A DNA stretch of 64,000 nucleotides. Source: an uncultured Candidatus Rokubacteria bacterium. Its GTDB lineage: Bacteria > Methylomirabilota > Methylomirabilia > Rokubacteriales > CSP1-6. Both the position numbers and the translations under genes were made by a program. Shown one piece after another: positions 20,843 through 31,518 of this stretch (position 1 is the stretch's first letter; every line of letters begins with the position of its first letter). The notes below the pieces were generated by a model, which searched no databases, had not been told where the DNA came from, and worked only from the letters and a program-made list of their open reading frames with translations. The stretch covers positions 64,001 to 128,000 of the forward strand of contig CAVWFS010000008.1 of NCBI GenBank assembly GCA_963754315.1, given 5' to 3'.

Positions 20843-21822
20843 TGCCGGACCGCGCCCTCCTCGGCCGTGGCGGGCGCCGGCGCCGCGGCCGGAAGGGTCC
20901 GCCGCGCGAGGCGGGCCACGAGGCCGACCAGACCGTCGCGGAAGAAACGGCCAATCAGGATGACGATCAACGCGAACACCAGCATGTGCCGGACGCCGAC
21001 GGCCCGGAGAGCCTCGGAGGTGACCTCGACCAGCACGGCCCCGACGAGGGGACCGGTCGCCGTTCCCATGCCGCCGATGACCACCATGCTGATCACCAGG
21101 CCGGTCTGGAGGATCAATCCCATTTCGGGGCTGGCGAGCTGGAGGAAGTGCACGAACAGCGCGCCCGCCAGCCCGCAGCCGGCGCTGCTCACGGTGAACG
21201 CGAGCGTCTTGTAGCGGACGACGTCGACACCACGTCCCATGGCACCGAGCTCGTCGTCACGGATCGCGCGGAAGTAGAGACCGGCCCGACTCCGAAGCAG
21301 CCACACCAGCACGAGCTGATAGGCGACGAGGATACCGAGAAACAGATAGAAGGTAGGGATCTTGTCTCCCCTGAAGATGCCGCTCACACTGAGTCCCAGA
21401 TCGCCGCGCGTGATCTCGATCGAGTTCGCGATCACCAGTCTCAGGATTTCTGCGAAGGCCAGGGTGGTGAGGGCCAGGTAAGCGCCTCTCAGACGGAGGG
21501 TCACGCGTCCGAGGGCGAAGCCGATCAGGGCCGACACTACCACACCAGCCGGGATTCCCACCCCCGGCCCCAGACTCCCGTGATGGTGGAGCAGACCGGT
21601 GGTGTAGGCGCCGACCATCGCGAAGGCGGCAGGAGCCATGGAGAAGAGACCGGTGATGCCGGCCAGCAGGTTCCAGCTCACGGCAAGCATGGCGAAGTAC
21701 AGGGCCGTGATCAGGATGCCGAGCCAGTACTCCGATCGCACCCAAAGGGGTAGGAGGCCTAGTCCGATCAGGACCAGAAACGACAGGACAAAGTCGGTGG
21801 AGGACAGCGCGATCCGTCGCAT
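20839..21822 (-). CDS. livM: Liv-type ABC permease
   Basis: SWNLLAG, LRGAYLALTTLAF, AIRDDE, IGGMGT; multiple hydrophobic segments. Confidence 0.88.
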   Translation of the reverse strand: MRRIALSSTDFVLSFLVLIGLGLLPLWVRSEYWLGILITALYFAMLAVSWNLLAGITGLFSMAPAAFAMVGAYTTGLLHHHGSLGPGVGIPAGVVVSALIGFALGRVTLRLRGAYLALTTLAFAEILRLVIANSIEITRGDLGLSVSGIFRGDKIPTFYLFLGILVAYQLVLVWLLRSRAGLYFRAIRDDELGAMGRGVDVVRYKTLAFTVSSAGCGLAGALFVHFLQLASPEMGLILQTGLVISMVVIGGMGTATGPLVGAVLVEVTSEALRAVGVRHMLVFALIVILIGRFFRDGLVGLVARLARRTLPAAAPAPATAEEGAVRQ

Positions 21823-21824
21823 GT

Positions 21825-22715
21825 CTAGACTTCGCGCGTGCGCTCGCCGAAGAGCCCGTGGGGCCGGAGGAGAAGCACCAGCATCAGGATGACGAAGCCG
21901 AAGGTGTCGCGGTACTCGTAGGACAGGTAGATCGCGCCGAAGTTCTCGAGCACCCCCAGCAAAAGCCCGCCCACGATTGAGCCCGCGATCGACCCCATGC
22001 CGCCCAGGACGACCACCACGAACGACTTCACGGCCGGGAAGGCGCCCACGTCCGGGTAGGCGTGGAAGAGCGGTGCGAGCAACGCCCCGGACAGGGCGAC
22101 GACACCGCCCGACATGGCGAGAACGAGCGTGCTCACGCGCGTGTGGTCGATGCCGACGATGGCGGCGCCAAAGCGGTTCTGGGCGACCGCTTGTACTCGT
22201 TTCCCCCACACCGTGCCGCGGATGATCCAGACCACGGCCCCCAAAGTCAGGACGCCGAGCGCGCTCGCCAGGAGCCGATGGGGACTCACGAACATCCCGA
22301 ACAGCTCGATGCGTGAGGTAGCCGTGAGGTCAGGGCCCTTCAGCGGGTAGGGTCCCATCAGCTGATGCACCAGGTTGATCAGGAAGAGCGACAGACCGAA
22401 CGTGACGATGATGGCGTACTCGTCGCGCAGGGGGCCCCCTCCCACCTGACCGGTGTAGAGCGGCCGCAACAGCAGGCGCTCGACGACGACTCCCGCCAGC
22501 GCTCCCAGCAGCACGGCCGAGAGCAGGGCCGGCACTGCTGGCACGCCGGCTCGCAGCACGAGCACCGAGTAGGCATAGGCGCCGAGCATGAAAAACTCGC
22601 CGTGGGCGAAGTTCACGACCTTCAGGATCCCGAAGATCAGGGTGAGCCCGAGCGCCATCAACGCATAGAAGACGCCCATCAGGAGCCCCGTGAAGACGAT
22701 CTCGAAGACGAGCAC
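21825..22715 (-). CDS. livH: Liv-type ABC permease
   Basis: ALGLTLIFG, VNFAHGE, KSFVVVVLGGMGS, LRPHGLFG. Confidence 0.9.
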   Translation of the reverse strand: MLVFEIVFTGLLMGVFYALMALGLTLIFGILKVVNFAHGEFFMLGAYAYSVLVLRAGVPAVPALLSAVLLGALAGVVVERLLLRPLYTGQVGGGPLRDEYAIIVTFGLSLFLINLVHQLMGPYPLKGPDLTATSRIELFGMFVSPHRLLASALGVLTLGAVVWIIRGTVWGKRVQAVAQNRFGAAIVGIDHTRVSTLVLAMSGGVVALSGALLAPLFHAYPDVGAFPAVKSFVVVVLGGMGSIAGSIVGGLLLGVLENFGAIYLSYEYRDTFGFVILMLVLLLRPHGLFGERTREV

Positions 22716-22771
22716 GAGTCGGATCCCGGAGCGAGCAGCCCGACTGGGGCTGCCCGCTCCGGATTAGCGCT

Positions 22772-23989
22772 TCACCGCGCGGGGCGCATCAGCTTGTCGA
22801 CCGTCAGCTCCATCCCCGGACCCTGGACGAGCAAGGTGTCGGGAAGCTGCTGCCCCTTGGCCGTGAGCTGATACGTCACGAACGGAATGTTCTTCCACTG
22901 CTGGAAATAGATCCCCGGCTCCTTGTCGAAGGTGACCACACCGAGCACGCCCTCGAACCGGGTGTCGCGCAGGGCCTTGATGACCGCATCAGCCTCGGTG
23001 GACCGCGCCCGGGCCATGGCATCGGCCAGGAGAAAGAGCGAATCAGCGGCCTGGAAGATGAGGCGATTGGGCTCCCGCTTCTCCTTGGCCATGTAGGCTT
23101 CGCGGACGTCCTTGCCGAGCTTGGTGAGGGCGACCTTCGGATGATAGAGCCCGAAGGAGATCAGGCCGACCCCGGCGTCCTTCACGTTGTCCCAGAACTC
23201 GGGATAGTCGGCCACGCCGGCGCCGTCGTAGAGCCACGTCTGCTTGCTGGGAGCGATGCCATTCTCGTAGAGCTGGTTCATGAGCAAATAGGACGCGGGG
23301 GGAATCATGATCGTCACGATCATGTCCGGACGCTCGGCCTTGAGGGGTAGCACCGCCGGCGTGAAGTCCTTGGCGGCTCGGTCCAGCACGCGCGAGGTGA
23401 ACTTGACGTCGGGCGCCCCCTTGGCCAGCGCCTTCTTCATCGCCTCGGCCTGGCCGGTACCGTAGTCGGTGTTCTCGGCGAAAGCCACGACGTTCTTCAC
23501 CTTCATGCGGGCGATAACGTCGGCCATGGCCTCCGCCACGCGGGTGTTGTAGTTCGAGCGGTTGAACACTTGCGGATAGCCCTTGAGGCGGACCGCGTCC
23601 GACCAGGCATTGGTATTCACGAGGGGAATGTTGTAGCGGTGGGCCACGTCGATGTCGGCCAGGGTCACCGAGCTGGCGTGCTCGCCAGTGATGGCGACCA
23701 CCTTGTCGCGCGTGATGAGCTTCTCCACGGCGGCCCGGCCCTTCTCCGGGATCCCCTGATGATCTTCATAGAGAATCTCGATCTTCTTGCCGAGGACGCC
23801 ACCGGCCTTGTTGAGCATTTCCTGAGCAATGGTGAGCCCGTCGCGCACCTCTTTACCCTGGGCCACCGAACCAGGGGGAGACATGGCGATAGGTGCGCCG
23901 ATCTTGATCGTCTCCTGGGCGGAGGCGGTGGCCACACCAACGAGCCACATGCCCAGCCCTACAAGCGTCAACCACTGTCGTGTGCTCAT
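22772..23989 (-). CDS. Liv-type ABC substrate-binding protein
   Basis: Signal peptide, IKIG, GGVLGKKIE, EKLITRDKV, ENTDYG. Confidence 0.88.
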   Translation of the reverse strand: MSTRQWLTLVGLGMWLVGVATASAQETIKIGAPIAMSPPGSVAQGKEVRDGLTIAQEMLNKAGGVLGKKIEILYEDHQGIPEKGRAAVEKLITRDKVVAITGEHASSVTLADIDVAHRYNIPLVNTNAWSDAVRLKGYPQVFNRSNYNTRVAEAMADVIARMKVKNVVAFAENTDYGTGQAEAMKKALAKGAPDVKFTSRVLDRAAKDFTPAVLPLKAERPDMIVTIMIPPASYLLMNQLYENGIAPSKQTWLYDGAGVADYPEFWDNVKDAGVGLISFGLYHPKVALTKLGKDVREAYMAKEKREPNRLIFQAADSLFLLADAMARARSTEADAVIKALRDTRFEGVLGVVTFDKEPGIYFQQWKNIPFVTYQLTAKGQQLPDTLLVQGPGMELTVDKLMRPAR

Positions 23990-24019
23990 GTGCGCTCCTT
24001 TCGATCAGGTTCGTGGGGG

Positions 24020-24709
24020 TCAGCGGCTCGCGGCGCGCAGCGCTTCCACATAGTCCTCGGTCGTCGTCACCCAGCCGAAGAACCGCTCGACGTTCTCGAC
24101 CGTCGCCTCGTGCAACGTGGCGGGACCGGACGCGAGGCTACAGTCGCTGACCCAGAGGGGAAAGTACTCGAGGAAGAACGCGTCCCTCAGGGTGGATTCC
24201 ACGCACACGTTGCTCGCCACGCCCGTGAAGACGAGAAAGCGGATCCCCCGTTCGCGCAGGAGCATGTCGAGATTGGTCCCGAAGAAGCCGCTGTAGCGGG
24301 GTTTGTGGACGATGAGGTCGGACGGATCTGGCTTGAGGTCGTCGACGAGGGCATAGTCCCAGGAACCCTGGATCATCAAGGTTCCATCGAGATCAGGGCG
24401 CCTGCGCATGAGGCGGAGCGCATTGGCCTTGTGATAGTTCGGCGAGTTGGGACCACCGGCGTCACGCAGGTCCGGGCGCCAGCCCATCTGGAGAAACACG
24501 ACCGGCATGCCGGCCGGCCGGGAAGCGGCCAGGACGCGCTGAACGTTCCGGATGACCTTCTCAGCGCCGGAGATGTCTACTCCGAACAGGTCGAGGTAAC
24601 CGCCCTTGGCGGCGAAGGCGTTTTGCATGTCCACCACCAGAACGGCGGTCTCGGTGGGCTCGAGCGTCAGGGACTCGGGTCGGGCGGTGACCGGTACGCC
24701 TCGTCTCAT
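24020..24709 (-). CDS. rutB: RutB-like isochorismatase-family amidohydrolase (ureidoacrylate amidohydrolase)
   Basis: VVDMQNAFAAKGGYLD, AGGPNSPNYHK, KPRYSGFF, TGVASNVCVESTLRDAFFLEYF, FFGWV closely match RutB. Confidence 0.8.
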   Translation of the reverse strand: MRRGVPVTARPESLTLEPTETAVLVVDMQNAFAAKGGYLDLFGVDISGAEKVIRNVQRVLAASRPAGMPVVFLQMGWRPDLRDAGGPNSPNYHKANALRLMRRRPDLDGTLMIQGSWDYALVDDLKPDPSDLIVHKPRYSGFFGTNLDMLLRERGIRFLVFTGVASNVCVESTLRDAFFLEYFPLWVSDCSLASGPATLHEATVENVERFFGWVTTTEDYVEALRAASR

Positions 24710-24864
24710 CCGGGGGCCTCCTCGGTGGCCGGCGCCCGGCCCGCAACCAGACAGGCGCCGGCACGCCAGTGTGGTTGCAGCTATCAGAGCGGATTCTCAC
24801 TCGAAATGCAATACTGCCCCCGATAGAATCGTCGCGGGCGAGGACCCAGGCCCACGCGTCCACC

Positions 24865-25608
24865 ATGAAGATCAAGATCATCAATCCGAACACGACCGAG
24901 AGCATGACGCGCAAGATCGGCGAGGCCGCGCGGGCGGCGGCTGCTCCCGGCACGGACGTGGTCGCGGTGAGCCCGGCCGCCGGGCCGGTATCGATCGAGG
25001 GCCACTATGACGAGGCGGTGAGCGTCATCGGACTCCTGGAGGAGGTCCAGCAGGGTGAGGCCGAGGGGGTGGACGGCTACGTCATCGCCTGCTTCGGCGA
25101 CCCTGGGCTCCTGGCCGCCCGCGAGGCGGCGCGCGGACCGGTGCTGGGCATCGCCGAGGCGGCCATGCACGCCGCGAGCTTCGTGGCGACCGGCTTCTCC
25201 ATCGTGACCACCTTGGCCCGCACGCGAGTCATCGCGCAGCACCTGGTCGCGACCTACGGGATGACTCCCTTCTGTCGCGGGATCCGGGCCACCGATCTGG
25301 CCGTGCTCGATCTCGAGAAGCCGGGATCCCAGGCGCGCGGCGTTGTGCTCGAGGAGTGCCGGCGGGCGCTGACCGAGGATGGGGCAGGAGCCATCGTGCT
25401 CGGCTGCGCAGGCATGGCTGACCTTGCCGCCGAGATCCAGCACGCCCTGCGCGTCCCCGTCATCGATGGGGTGGCGGCCGCGGTCGGATTCGTCGAGGTG
25501 CTGGTCCGGCTCGGTCTCGGCACGAGCAAGGTAGGGGATCTGGCCTACCCGCTCCCCAAGGCGTATCTGGGCTGGCTCTCGCGCCTCACGCCGTCTCGGG
25601 AAAGATAG
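24865..25608 (+). CDS. Allantoin/hydantoin racemase (Asp/Glu racemase family)
   Basis: INPNTT, SIEGHYDE, IACFGDPG and VLGCAGM (two catalytic Cys), PVIDGV. Confidence 0.88.
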   Translation: MKIKIINPNTTESMTRKIGEAARAAAAPGTDVVAVSPAAGPVSIEGHYDEAVSVIGLLEEVQQGEAEGVDGYVIACFGDPGLLAAREAARGPVLGIAEAAMHAASFVATGFSIVTTLARTRVIAQHLVATYGMTPFCRGIRATDLAVLDLEKPGSQARGVVLEECRRALTEDGAGAIVLGCAGMADLAAEIQHALRVPVIDGVAAAVGFVEVLVRLGLGTSKVGDLAYPLPKAYLGWLSRLTPSRER

Positions 25609-26485
25609 GCGTGCCGTCGCGGCCGCTCTCACGGAGGGCCCAGTAGAGACCGTGGACCCGCTGGCCCAAGGGACCCGGCTTTCCATCGCCGATCGGATGC
25701 CCGTCGATCTCCACCAGGGGCATGATGCCTCCTGCCGTACTGGTGAGGAAGACCTCGTCGGCGGCATAGAGATCGTAGGCCGTGAGTTGCGCCTCGCGGG
25801 CTGGGATCTGATGCTCGGCGGCCAGCTCGAACACGGTCTGGCGCGTGATTCCCATCAGGATGCCCTCGGGAGGTGAGAACAACACGCCGCCCTTGACCAG
25901 GAAGACATTGAAGCCGGGGCCCTCGGTGACGTGGCCGTCCAGGTCGAGCATAAGCGACACGTCCATCCCGGCCGCTTTGCCTTGCAGCATGGCCAGATCG
26001 AAGTGCAGCCGGCTCAGCGACTTGATCTTGGGATCCAGACACTGAGCGGGCAGCGCGCGCGTGGAGGCGATCATCGCGCGGCCCCCGGCCCGGATTTGCT
26101 CCGGGTTGAGAATGAACACGTAGGGAATGGCGAAGACGATCAGGCCCGGCCGACACTTCGTGAGGTCGCGCACCCCGAAGGGTGGCTCGCCGCGGGTCAC
26201 GATGGTCTGGATATAGGCGTTTCGCAGGCCCGACCGTCGGGTCGTCTCGATGATCACGGCGCGCAGCTCTTCCTGCGAAAGTGGGCAGGGGATCCGGGCC
26301 GCCCGCAAGGATAACTCCAGGCGGTCGAGGTGGGCGGAGAGCTTGAAGATGCGCCCGTTCCAGGCCGAGGTCGTGTCGAAGACTGCGTCGCCGCGGAGGA
26401 ACCCGACGTCGAAGATCGAGATCCGCGCCTGGTCCCTTGGCACGTACTCGCCGTTGACGTAGGCCACCAGTGACTCGTCACTCAT
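25586..26485 (-). CDS. Aminotransferase class IV (IlvE/Dat-like)
   Basis: YVNGEYVP, KIKS, VTEGPGFNVF, GILMGITR, ADEVFLTSTAGG; RBS GAGGAGG. Confidence 0.9.
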   Translation of the reverse strand: MSDESLVAYVNGEYVPRDQARISIFDVGFLRGDAVFDTTSAWNGRIFKLSAHLDRLELSLRAARIPCPLSQEELRAVIIETTRRSGLRNAYIQTIVTRGEPPFGVRDLTKCRPGLIVFAIPYVFILNPEQIRAGGRAMIASTRALPAQCLDPKIKSLSRLHFDLAMLQGKAAGMDVSLMLDLDGHVTEGPGFNVFLVKGGVLFSPPEGILMGITRQTVFELAAEHQIPAREAQLTAYDLYAADEVFLTSTAGGIMPLVEIDGHPIGDGKPGPLGQRVHGLYWALRESGRDGTPIFPETA

Positions 26486-26538
26486 CGATCTCCTCCTCGG
26501 TTTCAGCATATCTGAATTCGTTCAGGTCTGCCGGTGCT

Positions 26539-27115
26539 ATGACGCCATCACTGGACCTCACCCGAGTGGCCGTGGTCGGCGTCAGTTGCTCGGGGAAGAG
26601 CACGTTCGCGCGGCGGCTCGCGGACACTCTCGGCGTACCGTGCGTTGAGCTGGATGCCCTCTACTGGGGTCCCCGCTGGACGCCGCGGTCCGAATTCCGG
26701 CAAGACGTCATAGCGGCAGCTCGGAAGCCTCGATGGGTGATGGACGGCAACATACTCCGCCGTGCGCGAAATCGTCTGGGGCCGGTGCACAGCCATCGTC
26801 TGGCTTGACTACTCGTTCGCGCGCGTGTTTTCCCGGGCGCTTCGCCGCACCGCGCGCCGGATCGTTACCGGCGAACGCTTGTACGCCGGCAATCTGGAGA
26901 CGATCCGGGGGGCGCTGCTCGATCCCACGGGGATCCCGTGGTGGGTACTGCGGACCTACTGGAAGCGGCGCCGTGAGTTTCCTGAGCTCTTGCGGCGACC
27001 GGAGTACGCCCCCGCCGCGGTGTTCCGCTTTAAGACGCCGGCGGCGGCCGCGGCGTTTCTCTCGGAGTGCGCTGGCTCGGACTGCGGAGCGGGCCGCCCA
27101 GACAGGCGCGGATAG
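26539..27115 (+). CDS. P-loop adenylate-kinase-like / FlaR topology-modulation family protein (frameshift near 26755)
   Basis: GVSCSGKST, ELDALYWGPRW and WVMDGN in the first frame; IVWLDY...GN.E in the second frame. Confidence 0.7.
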
Positions 27116-27118
27116 AGC

Positions 27119-28348
27119 ATGGGCGCTACGTCGCGTCACCGCGCGCCCTGGCGCTGGATCCCTCCGCCTGGTTTGGTCACCGGCCGGGGCACGGCGGTCC
27201 GCCTCCGGATCGACAACCCGCTCTCGCCGCTCCTCGATCCCGGCTTCGTCGAGGCGTCGATCCGACGACACTATCAGCCGCTGCTCGACCCCGCCCTCAC
27301 CGATATTCTTTCCACCCGATACCCACAAGGCATCCGCTTCGCAATCAATGGCGAGCCGTTGCATGCCCAGGGCTGGATGGCAGCGGAGACGGCCCCCATC
27401 GCCGTGCGAGTCGCGCGCAAGCGCAAGCCATCGGCGGCGGGCTACCTGGTGCGTGACCGCCTCCCGCTCCCTGAGGAACAGCGCGGCGTTGCCATCAGTA
27501 CGTTCGGCAAGGTGATCCGGCGGGGTTGGGACTGGCTCGGGATAACGACGAGCGCGGCCGCCCACGTGGGGGGCCTCATAGAGGCCCCGGCGCTCGCCGA
27601 ATGCCTCACGCTCAACAAGGCGGATTTCATCCGCGCCGGTGCCCGCGCGGCGACGTGGCTGCTCTATCGCAAGGCGATCCAGGAAGCCGTGTCGCGCCAG
27701 CTTGCCGCCTGGGGCGACGTGCACGACGCGGGCGAGCAGAACCGCCGGCGCGCCGCCCGGCCCGTCGAACGCGACCTCGAAACCGTGCTGCTCGATCTGG
27801 CTGACCGCTTTCCGCTCCTCGCGTCGTTGGTGGAGAAGCACGTGGGTGGCCAGCGGCGGCTCTTGGTGGGGCGCGCAACCACGGCCACACGCTCGGCGAG
27901 GCGCTCGAGCAGGCGTCTCTGCGCGTCGTCGAGCCAGCCACCGCGGACGGCACGGGCCCCACTACGGACGGCCGCCCCGGAGAACGGCCGACGGGCGACA
28001 TGCCAGAATCGCCGCCGTCGGCGGCCGCCATCGCGAATTCACCAGTGAACCAGGGCGCCGCGCCGCGGGCCGCGCGATACGGGTTGAGCATCCAGTTCGA
28101 GCCGCGGCCGGAGCGACCCCGAGCTTGGACGCCTGGTGGAATCCACCGTGTGGGTCAACGAGGCCCATCCGGCCTACAGGCGAGCCGCCGCCTCGCGCTC
28201 CGAGGGCTACCACGTGGCGCTCGCCTGCGCCATGGCGCTGGCGGCGGTCGCCGTGGAGCCGGCCAAGGAGCACGCTTTCATCACCGTGTTTCTTGCCAGC
28301 TGGGGGGAGGTTGTCGAGCGCCGCCGTCGGCCCCGACGCCGGCGCTGA
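27119..28348 (+). pseudogene. 5'-truncated, frameshifted fragment of a conserved protein (recalled as the C-terminal part of a GHKL-ATPase-type protein)
   Basis: Protein-like segments SRHRAPWRWIPPPG, STFGKVIRRGWDWLG, LTLNKADF, then LVESTVWVNEAHPAYRRA in another frame. No ATPase N-terminus is present. The family call is from memory only. Confidence 0.45.
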
Positions 28349-28431
28349 AGGCCCCGGCCGACACGGAGGTATTGCTGGGTACGGACGGCATTGCTAAAGT
28401 GGCCATATCGTCCGTATCGAAGAGCAAGGCT

Positions 28432-28623
28432 ATGACGACCACAGTGAAGAAGACCTACAATCTCGACGCCAGAATGATCGACAGAGTCCGGCGCCTCTTC
28501 GGCGTGAAGATTGACACCGAGGCCATCCGGAAGGCGCTGGGCAAGGCGATCGAAGACCGGGAAGTGGAGGAGCGACTGGACGCCCTCCTTAAGAAGGGCC
28601 GGTTCCGTACCGTCTACCGGTGA
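28432..28623 (+). CDS. VapB-like antitoxin
   Basis: 63 aa, KKTYNLDARMIDRVRRLFG...DTEAIRKAL; overlaps a PIN-like start (GTGA). Confidence 0.7.
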   Translation: MTTTVKKTYNLDARMIDRVRRLFGVKIDTEAIRKALGKAIEDREVEERLDALLKKGRFRTVYR

Positions 28624-28859
28624 AGTATCTTCTCGACACGAATGTCTAAATTGAAGCCACCCGGTCAGAGCTAAAGCGAGCACAGTTTCGCTCGGTGTTG
28701 CCGGGGATGCTCAACGACGTCCTCATCGCCCTCTGCGCTCGCCAGATCGGAGCTACGCTCCTGACCTACAATCGCGATGACTTCCTGCTCATCCAACGGC
28801 ATCTGGATTTCTCGCTGCGCGCTCTCACGGGGCATGATCCGGGTAGGACTACCCCATGA
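28620..28859 (+). pseudogene. vapC: VapC/PIN toxin pseudogene
   Basis: MKYLLDTNV*IE...NDVLIALCARQIGATLLTYNRDDF. In-frame TAA at 28647, and about 80 codons is too short for a PIN domain. Confidence 0.75.
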
Positions 28860-29617
28860 CCGAAGCAGCGACGATCCAGTTGGAAGTGACGGGTCCCGTG
28901 GCCCGCATGACATTCGACCGGCCAGAAGTGCTGAACGCGGGCAATGCGCGGTTTGTCGTCGAGCTCGGCGAAGCGGTGGCGGCGATCGCGGCCCTCCCTG
29001 ACGTGCGGGTGGTCGTCATGACCGGCGCCGGCCGTGCGTTTCAGACGGGAGTGGATCTCAAGGCACTGGCCGCCGGAGAACTGGCGCTCGCGGACCTCGT
29101 CAGGTGGGAAGACGCGATGACCGCCATCGAGCGAATGGACAAGCTGTTCGTGGCGGGGATCAACGGGCATTGCATCGGCGGTGGGCTCCAGCTGGCGCTT
29201 GTGTGTGACTACCGGCTGGCGGTCGAGGACGCGCTGCTCAGCCTGCCGGCCGTCAAGGAGTGTCTGATTCCCTCGATGGCCCTCTACCGTCTCCCGCGAC
29301 TGATCGGTCTGGCGCGAGCGAAGGAGCTGATCCTGCTGGGGGAATCGATCACCGCGCGCGAGGGTGAGCGCATCGGCCTCGTGAACCGGGCGGTGGCGCG
29401 GGCAGACTTTACCAAGGCGCTCGACGAGACGGTGGAGCGGTTCCTGGCCCTGCCGGTGGTCAGCGCGATGGCGAGCAAGCGCCTGAGCACGCGCGCCTTC
29501 GATCTCGACTTCGAGACGTTCCGCCAGGAGATGAACGCGGCCCTGGCCGGGTGCTTCACGTCCGACGAGCACACGCGCGCGATGGCCAACATCCGCTCGA
29601 GACAACGGAGAGCATAG
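28856..29617 (+). CDS. Enoyl-CoA hydratase/isomerase family protein
   Basis: RPEVLNA, TGAGRAFQTGVDL, INGHCIGGGLQLALVCDYR, AKELILLGE. Confidence 0.9.
   Translation: MTEAATIQLEVTGPVARMTFDRPEVLNAGNARFVVELGEAVAAIAALPDVRVVVMTGAGRAFQTGVDLKALAAGELALADLVRWEDAMTAIERMDKLFVAGINGHCIGGGLQLALVCDYRLAVEDALLSLPAVKECLIPSMALYRLPRLIGLARAKELILLGESITAREGERIGLVNRAVARADFTKALDETVERFLALPVVSAMASKRLSTRAFDLDFETFRQEMNAALAGCFTSDEHTRAMANIRSRQRRA
29242..29610 (+). repeat. 369-bp direct repeat, copy 1 (3' half of the enoyl-CoA hydratase gene)
   Basis: Matches 31519-31887 with 5 substitutions by manual comparison. Confidence 0.92.
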
Positions 29618-29999
29618 CCGGGATAAAAGGCCTGTTGACGGAATGTCCCGTTATCGGAAGCTGGGGAGCCGGGCCGGCGCCTCCCGGTTGTCTCCCCCCA
29701 GAGACAGCGCGGACAAACGGTAACGAGGACAACCGCCGCGTGGACAGCCGCGGACCGCCAGCGAGGCCTCGGCATGCGTGGGGTGCGCCTTTTAGAGAGC
29801 GCCCGACGGCGGCGCCAACGGGAAAGGGAGATTCGACGTACGCGGATTGCCAGAACGGCGCGAGCCGCCACGCCGAGGAGGCGCGAGCATCGCGTGTCAG
29901 AACGCGAACAGAATGTCACGCGAAAACGCCGGAGCCACTTACACGAGCACATGAGCAGGCGGGGGCGGGCGGGGCGCGGTAGCGCTCTCGCTTGGCACG

Positions 30000-31400
30000 A
30001 GCGACGCTGCAGCGCCTCGATCGTCCAGGTCGAAGATGAGGGCGATCAGCCGAGGGCCCGGCACGGGGGACACGCAAGGACGTCCCAATCAAAGGCGCGC
30101 GCATCAGGTCGCCACCCCCAGCCGCGGCCAGTCGGGCTGGAGGTCCCGCCGCCGCTCGTGCGAGTGTCAGTGCCAACGGAGCCGACTTCTGTGATCGGCC
30201 CGGCTTCGCGATGCCGCGACTCCATAGCGCACGACGGCGGCGCGCGCCGTGCATGAGGGGCGAGCACACGTGATAGAAGACCAGATTGATCCTCGGGCGT
30301 GGGGTCAGCGCGGCCAGTCGCGAAGGAAATCCACGGGCTCGAACACGAGATGGGTGGTGCGTCCCCAGGCGGCCTTCAACTCGAGGACCACGCGGCCTCC
30401 CCGGTGAGTGGAGCCGATCTGGGCGACGGCGGGCGGAGGAGATAGCGGCAGAGCGTCGAGTCCCTTCCGATCCTCTCCGCGCACGGTGAGTTGGGTGCAG
30501 GTCGAAGCCGTCAGATGAGCGTGCGGGCCCCACCGACGTGGCCAGCGCGCCTCAGGGTCTCGCCCGAGGGCCAGCAACGCGCGCCGCTCGTTCCCCAGCG
30601 CTACCTCCCTGCACGGACGCGCTGCTGAGCCCCGCCAGCGCCGGGATTCTTCTGCACGGGTCGGGCGGCGTTACGTCGACATCCGGGGCCAATCCCGACG
30701 TGCCAGCAGCCGGAGGATGCGGGCCGAATCCGGCTCAACAGCCGAGCGACCTGGCATCGCTCGGCGGCGGCGTGGGATAGAACTCCAGCGCGTCACGTCG
30801 GCGATGGCCGTAGAACGCGCGTCGAGGACGAGCGTGTGAAAGTGGACGTTCAGATTCAACGCCGAGCCGAAGCGCTGCACGACGGTCAGACTGCCGCTCC
30901 GGCCGCGGTAGAGCCGATTCGCGCGCTCACGCTGGAAGCCAAGCAGGGCCTGACGTAGACCGCGAGCACGGCCCGACAGAGTCCATGATCCCACGCAAGC
31001 GCGTAGCGGAGCCAGTACGGCAGGCTGAGCACCACGACGCACGGCACGTGCGGGAAGACGGCATCTACGCATGGGCGCGCGCTCGGTCATCCGCGGCCTC
31101 GCAGCTCGGACAGAACCCCCGCCCTTGCACGAGAACGGTAGCAAACGGTCCAGCCCGCACGTGCAGCGGAGACGCACGACACGTACTGGGGATGCCACAC
31201 CTGAGGAATTGCCGGAACTCGTCTCCACGAAGCGCGGCAGACCAGCGCGTCTGTCCGCTCGGCTGCGGCTTGCAGGAAGGACTCCAAGTGTCCGCGCACT
31301 ACGGTGTAGAGGACACCTGCTCGGGCGCGCGCGGTCGGTAGCTAGGTGGAATCGAGCCTCACCCTCGAGGCCATACCGCGCCGACCCAGCGGCGACAATG
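30000..31400 (-). mobile_element. Degraded IS91/ISCR-family (HUH, rolling-circle) transposase
   Basis: Fragments in several frames: RLRCTCGLDRLLPFSCKG (Zn-binding domain), VVQRFGSALNLNVHFHTLVLD (HUH), ALTPRPRINLVFYH and FDWDVLACP. Many frameshifts; element ends not defined. Confidence 0.8.
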
Positions 31401-31518
31401 CCGGAAGAAAGATACGCCTCTCGGCGCTGACACCGAGACGCTGCTCTGGGTCTGTCAGCAAATCTTCGGCTTGGGCAGCTACTCGGGGTATCGCTGGACG
31501 ACGAGCTCGTGGGTCGGA

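Noticed and set aside
29820..29842. Possible degenerate ISCR oriIS end downstream of the transposase remnant
   Set aside because: Resemblance to the remembered consensus is weak and cannot be verified without an alignment.
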